Assembly: GCA_018649885.1 (NCBI GenBank)
Contig: JABIHA010000122.1
Location: 62,001-96,796, forward strand
Length of the DNA: 34,796 nucleotides
Reading direction: 5' to 3'
Source of the DNA: Bacteriovoracaceae bacterium
Lineage (GTDB): Bacteria > Bdellovibrionota > Bacteriovoracia > Bacteriovoracales > Bacteriovoracaceae
Part shown: positions 28,683 to 34,796 of the stretch, one piece after another
How positions within the stretch are numbered: position 1 is the first letter of the stretch
Layout of the letters: each line of letters opens with the position of its first letter
Notes under the pieces: generated by a model
The model's input: only the letters and a program-made list of their open reading frames with translations
What the model was told of the DNA's origin: nothing
The model's database searches: none
Program-made: the position numbers and the translations under genes

Positions 28683-30857
28683 GTGAAAAAGGGAAGTCAT
28701 ATGGAACTATCTTCAGTAGACGAGTGCGTAGAAAAATTGATTCAAAAAGTGGGGAAAACCCTGCTAGTGGGGACACCACTAGGGGCGGGAAAAGCAAACC
28801 ACATGCTCAATGCCATTTACCACAAGGCCAAAAAAGACTCATCTATTAAGCTCACTATATACACAGCTTTAACACTTCAAAAACCTTCAGGTAGCTCAGA
28901 CCTTGAAAAGAGGTTTTATGGGCCAATGGTCGAGCGAGTATTTGGTGACTACCCAGATCTTCAGTATGAAATTGACCGAGTCAAAGGAAAGCTTCCCTCA
29001 AATATCGATGTAATTGAGTTTTATTTTCCTCCGGGAAAATTTTTGGCCAATAAATATGCTCAACAAAACTATATTTCCAGTAACTACACCCATGCTGCAA
29101 GAGATTTAATTGATGCTGGTGTAAATGTACTAGTTCAACAAGTTTGTAAAAAAGAAGTAGACGGTAGAAATCTTTTTAGCCTGAGTTGTAATCCAGATAT
29201 TACAATGGACATTGTGGCCGGCATGAAAAAAAGACAAGAGCAGGGTCACCCTATGGCCTTCATCGGTCAAGTTAATCAAAATCTTCCATTTATGTATGGT
29301 GATGCTATCGTCAAAGGAAATGAATTTGATTTTGTAGTTGATAACCCCGATCAGTACTACAAGGTATTTGGTCCTCCAAAACTTTCCATTAGTCACGCAG
29401 ATTATATGATTGGTCTTTATGGATCGACACTGATTTGTGATGATGGTGAACTGCAAATTGGTATTGGCTCTCTTGGAGATAGCCTCGCCTACTGTCTCAT
29501 AATGAGACATCTTAACAATCCTCTTTACAGAGAAATTTTAGATAAGCTTGATGTGGAGAGAAAATTTTCAGCTCCCATTAGAAATCTTGGCTCTCTCTAT
29601 CCTTTCAAAAAAGGGCTCTTTGCTGCGACTGAAATGCTAATCGACGCTTTTATGGAGCTATATAAAAATGGTATTTTAAAGAAAAAAGTCTATGACCATG
29701 TAATGCTACAAAGACTGCTCAATAGTGAGAAAATTAGTGAGCACTTTGACAAAGATATCCTCCAAGTGCTTCACCGAAATAAAGTGATCCACCCACATCT
29801 GTGTCAGTCAGATATGGAATTTCTCAAAAAATTCGGTATCCTCAAAACCCAATGCGCCTTAATAGGTGACCAGATCGAGCTTCCAGGGGGAGAGCGAGTC
29901 AAAGCAGATCTCACCAATGAAGAGGCTTATCTTCAAATCATTGAATATGGTCTTGGTGATAAATTACAGGGAGGCGCCATCTCTCACGGTGGATTTTTTC
30001 TTGGGCCTCAAGCGTTTTACGATTTTTTAAGAGAGCTCCCTGAAGAGGAAATTAAATTATTCCTAATGAAACCAGTTAGTAAAATCAATCATCTCTATGG
30101 ACATGAAGAAATTGATCGACTTCAAAGAAAAAATGCCAGGTTTGTTAATACTTGTTTGATGATGACCCTTGCAGGGTCTGCAGTTTCAGATGGGTTAGAA
30201 AATGGGAAAGTCATAAGTGGCGTTGGGGGACAGTACAATTTCGTTTCAATGGCACAAGAGCTTCCCGATGGAAGATCTATTATTCAACTAAGATCAACAA
30301 GGGCCGATAGTAAAGGTGAGCTGAAATCAAATATTGTTTGGAATTACGGTCATATCACAATTCCAAGGCACCTTAGAGATATTGTCATTACAGAGTATGG
30401 GATTGCCAATATCAGAGGAAAAACTGACAGTGAAATAATAAAAAGACTTCTCAATATTGCAGACTCAAGATTTCAAGAATCACTATTAAAACAGGCAAAA
30501 AAAGAAGGGAAAATTGAAGGAAACTATCAAATTCCTGAAAAATTTCGCTCAAACCTTCCTGTGGGTTACGTGGAAGTTTTAAATCACTATAAAAAATTAG
30601 ACCACTTTAAAACCTTCCCCTTCGGAACAGATCTCACTGATTCAGAAATCAGAATTGGAAAGGCGCTGAAATACTTAAAGGCAATCTCTAAGAAAAAAAA
30701 TGTACTCATTAGACATCTTTTTTCTGCTATAGGCTTAAAAAGCATTCCTGATAAGTACTCTCCATTAATGGAAAGAATGAGCTACCATAAAAAAGTAGGA
30801 CTCAGGGCCAAACTTTATCGAAACCTGCTAGTGGTGGCCTTGATGAAAACAGAGTGA
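28683..30857 (+). CDS. Acetyl-CoA hydrolase/transferase family protein (long form)
   Basis: SLSCNPD, LQIGIG, ATEM (catalytic Glu), SGVGGQYNFV, TIPRHLRDIVITEYG; start may be ATG 28701. Confidence 0.88.
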   Translation: MKKGSHMELSSVDECVEKLIQKVGKTLLVGTPLGAGKANHMLNAIYHKAKKDSSIKLTIYTALTLQKPSGSSDLEKRFYGPMVERVFGDYPDLQYEIDRVKGKLPSNIDVIEFYFPPGKFLANKYAQQNYISSNYTHAARDLIDAGVNVLVQQVCKKEVDGRNLFSLSCNPDITMDIVAGMKKRQEQGHPMAFIGQVNQNLPFMYGDAIVKGNEFDFVVDNPDQYYKVFGPPKLSISHADYMIGLYGSTLICDDGELQIGIGSLGDSLAYCLIMRHLNNPLYREILDKLDVERKFSAPIRNLGSLYPFKKGLFAATEMLIDAFMELYKNGILKKKVYDHVMLQRLLNSEKISEHFDKDILQVLHRNKVIHPHLCQSDMEFLKKFGILKTQCALIGDQIELPGGERVKADLTNEEAYLQIIEYGLGDKLQGGAISHGGFFLGPQAFYDFLRELPEEEIKLFLMKPVSKINHLYGHEEIDRLQRKNARFVNTCLMMTLAGSAVSDGLENGKVISGVGGQYNFVSMAQELPDGRSIIQLRSTRADSKGELKSNIVWNYGHITIPRHLRDIVITEYGIANIRGKTDSEIIKRLLNIADSRFQESLLKQAKKEGKIEGNYQIPEKFRSNLPVGYVEVLNHYKKLDHFKTFPFGTDLTDSEIRIGKALKYLKAISKKKNVLIRHLFSAIGLKSIPDKYSPLMERMSYHKKVGLRAKLYRNLLVVALMKTE

Positions 30858-30868
30858 TATTTTTTTTA

Positions 30869-31715
30869 ATGCTCAATAAAAAAAATATATGGATTCCCCT
30901 ACTTGCAACAGTAATGGTTTTTATAGGCACTAGCTGTTCACAAAGGCAAAGCAAGGCCACTCATCTCCATCAGAAATTATTGTCACAAATGCACAATCTA
31001 GAAGTACTCAATCTAGATTCAATTTCTCTTAGCTATCACTATTTTCTGGGCTTTGGAAAAAGACACAAGCAGCTTCAAAGTAAAAACCATACACTCACTC
31101 ATTGGTTAGGCGGGAAAATTACAAGAGCAGACTTCGCCCAAACTCACCGAGGACAACTATCAAAGGCCATCGCCGTGGTGGGTGCCAGCCCCAATACTTT
31201 AATTACATTTAATGATGGTAAAAAAAATTGCAGTAAAAAATCTTATCAAAAAAGTTTTACTAGTTTCAGATACTGAAAAGATCTATCCCCTCAACCGAAG
31301 AGAAAAAAACTATGGAATTGAGTATGGATTTTCACTCTACTCTGCCTGCCACTACTATTCTCATATTGAACTTCCAGAGAAAGAGGCAATACTGGCAAAG
31401 ATATCAAAAAAATTAATCAAAGCCCCGCTCAATACGTCTCTTGAAAATGGCATACATGAGTTAGAAGGCCTGAGCTATTGTTTGCAAAAAGGAATCATAA
31501 GCGGAAAACATTTTGTTGATTATCTAGTGAAATATACCAATATTTTTCTAAGTGACGCCGACTTAAGCGGGCAGCTTTTTCCAAAATCTATTTCAAGCTG
31601 GAACCGTTGCGAAGACCATGACCAAGTATGCAAGCTGGTTGTTAATGCGGGAAAACAGGCCCATATTATAGACCTGATTATGCACAGAGAGGACTTCCAA
31701 AAAATCTGTTTATAA
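30869..31715 (+). pseudogene. Lipoprotein gene split by a frameshift in an A8 run (281 aa if A7)
   Basis: ORFs 30854-31276 and 31212-31715 overlap at A8 31220-31227; removing one A reads ...TFNDGKKIAVKNLIKKVLL...; lipobox-like IGTSC. Confidence 0.7.
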
Positions 31716-31810
31716 CCGCTACAACTATGTTGGAACAATGGGTCACTTGATTCGGACCCAAAGGACACTGTTAACCCATTAATAATGCCTCACGCTGCAC
31801 AGCATATTCA

Positions 31811-31839
31811 TTGACAGCATCGCCTGATATTTCTAATCT
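31811..31839 (+). promoter_or_regulatory. Sigma70-type promoter for the OMP-mscS genes
   Basis: TTGACA-17 nt-TAATCT, followed by a GGAGGT RBS. Confidence 0.65.
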
Positions 31840-31877
31840 CCCCACTCAATCAAAGGGCGACCTTTTGGGAGGTAAAT

Positions 31878-32597
31878 ATGAAATTTTTCATCGCAATACT
31901 TAGCATCCTTTTAATTCAAAACTCAACTCTTGCACAAACAGATACTAGGTTGCCTGAGCTGCGAAAGTCTATGGACACATTTGCTGACAATATGCCAAAT
32001 GAGATCAGACAATTTCATCCTTCAATCTCTCTAGGTTTTGAGCGAACTTCACCAGAGTTTAAAGATGATCAGTCTTACAAAGGTATGGGAAGCCCAAATC
32101 CACTTGGACTTAATATTGCTTTTAATGCTGAGTACATGATGCCCGGATCTTTTTTCTTAAAGGGTGGCCCAAATGCCTCATTTCTATTTGATGCTCTTAA
32201 TGAAAAAGATGATGAATCAAATAGCATTACCTACCAGATCTACAAATTAAACCTATCTCTTGGACGGGCCTTTGATGTATCCAACCTCTTCTTACTTAAA
32301 CCGCACATGGGTGTAGGAATTGGTATCGGAAGAGCTGAAACAGACTATGAAAAGAAAAATGAAGAAATTGAAAGTTCAAAAACTGCTCCAATGATGGAAG
32401 GATTTATAGCTGCTGATCTAGTTTTCGAAAAATACTTCCTTCTTACCCCAACTCTTGGTTACAGAAAATGGTCTATCGATAATTGGGGCCAAGATATTAC
32501 AAAAAATGAAAATGAAACTCAGAAAAATATTAATTTGCCAGGTGACTTTGAGCTAGGCGGACCATTTTTCTCTGTAGCACTTGGATTTAGATTTTAA
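31878..32597 (+). CDS. Outer-membrane beta-barrel protein (about 8 strands)
   Basis: Signal peptide, alternating amphipathic strands, C-terminal beta-signal FSVALGFRF. Confidence 0.8.
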   Translation: MKFFIAILSILLIQNSTLAQTDTRLPELRKSMDTFADNMPNEIRQFHPSISLGFERTSPEFKDDQSYKGMGSPNPLGLNIAFNAEYMMPGSFFLKGGPNASFLFDALNEKDDESNSITYQIYKLNLSLGRAFDVSNLFLLKPHMGVGIGIGRAETDYEKKNEEIESSKTAPMMEGFIAADLVFEKYFLLTPTLGYRKWSIDNWGQDITKNENETQKNINLPGDFELGGPFFSVALGFRF

Positions 32598-32609
32598 GAG
32601 AGACTTCTC

Positions 32610-33422
32610 ATGATAGAAAATTTACCTGAACTCATTACACAATTTACAATTAAGTTAGTTAGCTTTTTAGTGGCCATTTCTGTCACATGGCTGGCTGGTG
32701 GTTTTTTTAGAAAACTATCTGTAACTACTATGAATCGAGCTAAACTTGATAAGTCTCTTGTGGGATTTATCTCCAAGCTTATTAGGTGGTTGATACTTTC
32801 TATTGGTGTAATCTCAAGTTTAGGTATTTTTGGCATCCAAACTGCTAGTTTTGCGGCCCTACTTGCTGGTGCAGGTATGGCCATAGGAATGGCGCTTCAA
32901 GGAACACTTGGAAATTTTGCAGCAGGTGTAATGCTCCTACTTTTTCGCCCATTTAAGCTGGAAGATGTTGTATCAGTTGGTGGACAAACTGGGGTAGTGA
33001 AAGAGATTGATGTTTTCAACACAGTTTTAGATACATTCGATAATAGAAGAATTATCATTCCTAACGGTCAAGTCTTTGGCAGTAAGATCGAAAATATTAC
33101 TTTTCATCCAAATAGAAGAGTGAGCGTGGATGTTGGCTCTGGCTACAATTCGGATTTAGATACAACTAGAAAAATACTTAGGGACGCCGCCCTAAGAATT
33201 GAGGGCATCTTGAAAGATCCTGCTCCCGCTGTAGTACTACTTGAGCTGGGAGAATCCAGTATCAATTGGTCTGTCAGAGTTTGGGCCCCAAAAGAGATTT
33301 TTTGGGATGTTAAAGATTCACTAACAAGAGAGATTAAATACGCTCTCGATAAAGAGGGAATATCAATACCCTACCCACAAATGGATTTACACCTTCAGGA
33401 CATGTCAGGCCAAAAACAATAA
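32610..33422 (+). CDS. mscS: Small-conductance mechanosensitive channel
   Basis: ALLAGAGMAIGMALQGTLGNFAAG, RPFK, IIIPNG, GISIPYPQMDLH. Confidence 0.95.
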   Translation: MIENLPELITQFTIKLVSFLVAISVTWLAGGFFRKLSVTTMNRAKLDKSLVGFISKLIRWLILSIGVISSLGIFGIQTASFAALLAGAGMAIGMALQGTLGNFAAGVMLLLFRPFKLEDVVSVGGQTGVVKEIDVFNTVLDTFDNRRIIIPNGQVFGSKIENITFHPNRRVSVDVGSGYNSDLDTTRKILRDAALRIEGILKDPAPAVVLLELGESSINWSVRVWAPKEIFWDVKDSLTREIKYALDKEGISIPYPQMDLHLQDMSGQKQ

Positions 33423-33539
33423 TACAGAATTTGTTACATTGTTCTTTGGATAAGATGAAAACCAAATTGATCCCAATAGGGGCTACTCGCCCAAGAAAAA
33501 AATCGAAAAATTGTCGCCAAACAACTAAAGTATAAAACG

Positions 33540-34250
33540 AAGAGGTGGTCAGCAGTCCATCTCCTTGTCAAGTGACCACCATTGAAGTTTGACCTTTGTC
33601 TTCTATCGTAACGTCTCCAAATCGTTGTTTGCAGCCTTCAACATGGGTCTTCTGGCCTTCGTTTTAATCCCATGAGGTCGTTGTTATTGAGGTGAATCCA
33701 TTCGCTCACAGTAAAGACTACCGGCTATCTGTAGCCAAAAAGTAAATATTTATCTTTCTGTAGCATCCAAAAAGAAAACCATCCTAATCTTGCCCAGCAT
33801 GGAATGCCGAGCACTAGGCAGGGACTTAATAACTTTCAGATGGCGCTATGGTGATTGCCCTTAACTCAACCGACGTGGCGTTTCCGCTGGGCTTTTCTGA
33901 CCTTCAAGTTCCCAGTGGCCGTTATAATTTTCGTAATCAGATGATCTTTGTCATCCTGGTCCCGGCGTCTGTCGCTCTCGCTACCAAGGTCGTAGCTGCT
34001 TTTGGTTGACGGCGCCCCACGCTGGGTCCACTGCCATAGTTTCATCAGTATTTTTGCATCCATTAAAGAGTTAATTCGTATTTCTCAGGTTTTGAGACCT
34101 TCGAAATAGTATTGCGAATTTTTTACAGATGGCCGGTAGTCTTTCTGCCCGTGAGATATATTGTGATGGCGTTTCTTGGAAGGGATGATGGAGTCGATAC
34201 GATGAATGAGGTTAGTACGCTTTAAAAGGCCTGTGACAGACCTAGCTTGC
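33540..34250 (+). ncRNA. Candidate large structured non-coding RNA (about 700 nt), family unknown
   Basis: More than ten nested helices including a 21-bp stem 33713-33733/34124-34144, with many G-U wobbles on the + strand; no credible ORF; possible promoter TCGAAA-17-TAAAGT at 33503-33531. Confidence 0.6.
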
Positions 34251-34546
34251 AGTAATTAGATATTTTTAAAGGGCCTTTAGAGCTAAATAAAGAGGACCTT
34301 TTAAGGTCCAACGATAATTTAGGGGGCATTTGAGCTAGGAGAGTAGGGAAGTGGTAATGCTAATTTTGCTTTACCCTATTTCTGCTGATTTTTTTCTAAA
34401 TGCCAATTATTACTTGCAAGGTTTCACAAGAATAATTAATCAATTATCTCTAAGCTCCTGTTTTAATTAAATATTAAGAATTCCTTTCTGTAAAATGCCC
34501 CCCTCATGTAACACTTGGGTATGAACTTATACAAGGGGTTAATATT

Positions 34547-34656
34547 TTGAAAATGTTAGTTTGTATTATATTTTCTTTAGTGGTCGTCGATCTAGCGCAT
34601 TCTGGTGTCTTTAAAAATAGAGATAAAAGTAAAAGTAGGATTTTTAAAAGAAATAC
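34547..34656 (+). pseudogene. 5' fragment of a secreted-protein gene interrupted by the IS
   Basis: AAGGGG RBS, TTG start, signal peptide MKMLVCIIFSLVVVDLAHS; the frame runs into IS end repeats after about 37 codons. Confidence 0.5.
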
Positions 34657-34796
34657 GGTCCATTCTCGACACATACTTTACATTTTATTCTCGATACATG
34701 GTTTACACTTTTTAAGGTACTGCAAACAAAGGGGGTTGCATGCCTTGGAAGGAATCTTCGGTTATGAATGAAAGAATGAAATTCGTTATGAGAGCA
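34657..34796 (+). mobile_element. Left end of an IS481-family insertion sequence
   Basis: Tandem subterminal repeats ATTCTCGACACATACTTTACA (34662-82) and ATTCTCGATACATGGTTTACA (34687-707), followed by the transposase start; exact boundary uncertain. Confidence 0.75.
34740..34796 (+). CDS. IS481-family transposase, N-terminus (truncated by the window edge)
   Basis: AGGGGG RBS then MPWKESSVMNERMKFVMRA, the characteristic MPWKE..VM.ER..FV start of IS481-family transposases. Confidence 0.8.
   Translation, partial: MPWKESSVMNERMKFVMRA

Noticed and set aside
573..32884. Numerous short overlapping ORFs in the track (e.g. 573-770, 11092-11394, 19020-19328, 27721-28098, 29130-29510, 32594-32884)
   Set aside because: Antisense or out-of-frame shadows of longer genes with clear motifs.
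33868..33894. Group II intron domain V look-alike on the minus strand (AGCCCAGCGGAAACGCCACGTCGGTT)
   Set aside because: Stem is short and mismatched, there is no GUGYG 5' end or RT, and most wobble pairs favour the opposite strand. Worth rechecking with cmscan.
33890..33920. Cobalamin riboswitch-like GCCACTG...GAAG on the minus strand
   Set aside because: Other conserved B12-element motifs are absent and there is no downstream co-oriented gene.
34042..34048. CTGATGA hammerhead core on the minus strand
   Set aside because: No correctly placed stem II, GAAA and UH cleavage site could be built.
33866..34063. 65-aa minus-strand ORF
   Set aside because: No RBS or recognisable motif; lies within the base-paired region and is probably incidental.
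33713..34144. Retron a1/a2 inverted repeat interpretation
   Set aside because: No reverse transcriptase in the window and the enclosed span is much longer than typical msr-msd.

Overview
AT-rich bacterial chromosomal segment. The gene content suggests a Bdellovibrionota (Bacteriovoracia/Halobacteriovorax-like) predator; this is inference from a TPR-LysM-(probable dprA) block, many orphan secreted Cys-containing proteins and a pilin-like protein. The window holds about 27 genes, many of them secreted hydrolases: two EEP/DNase I-fold nucleases, two divergent HKD phospholipase D-family proteins and an M15A peptidase with an 18-bp coding tandem repeat. Other genes encode a lysophospholipase, glyoxalase II, a Ste24/M48 protease, a class IV aminotransferase, a PIG-B-like GT22 glycosyltransferase, a nucleotidyltransferase, an acetyl-CoA hydrolase/transferase, an outer-membrane beta-barrel and MscS. 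There are two single-base frameshifted genes, an ERIC-like miniature palindromic element, and the left end of an IS481-family element interrupting a secreted-protein gene. The most striking unexplained feature is a ~700-nt non-coding region (about 33540-34250). By eye it folds into a long rod-like closing helix (including a 21-bp stem) around a multi-branched core, with many G-U wobbles on the + strand, and is a candidate large structured ncRNA. No rRNA, tRNA or CRISPR array was seen.
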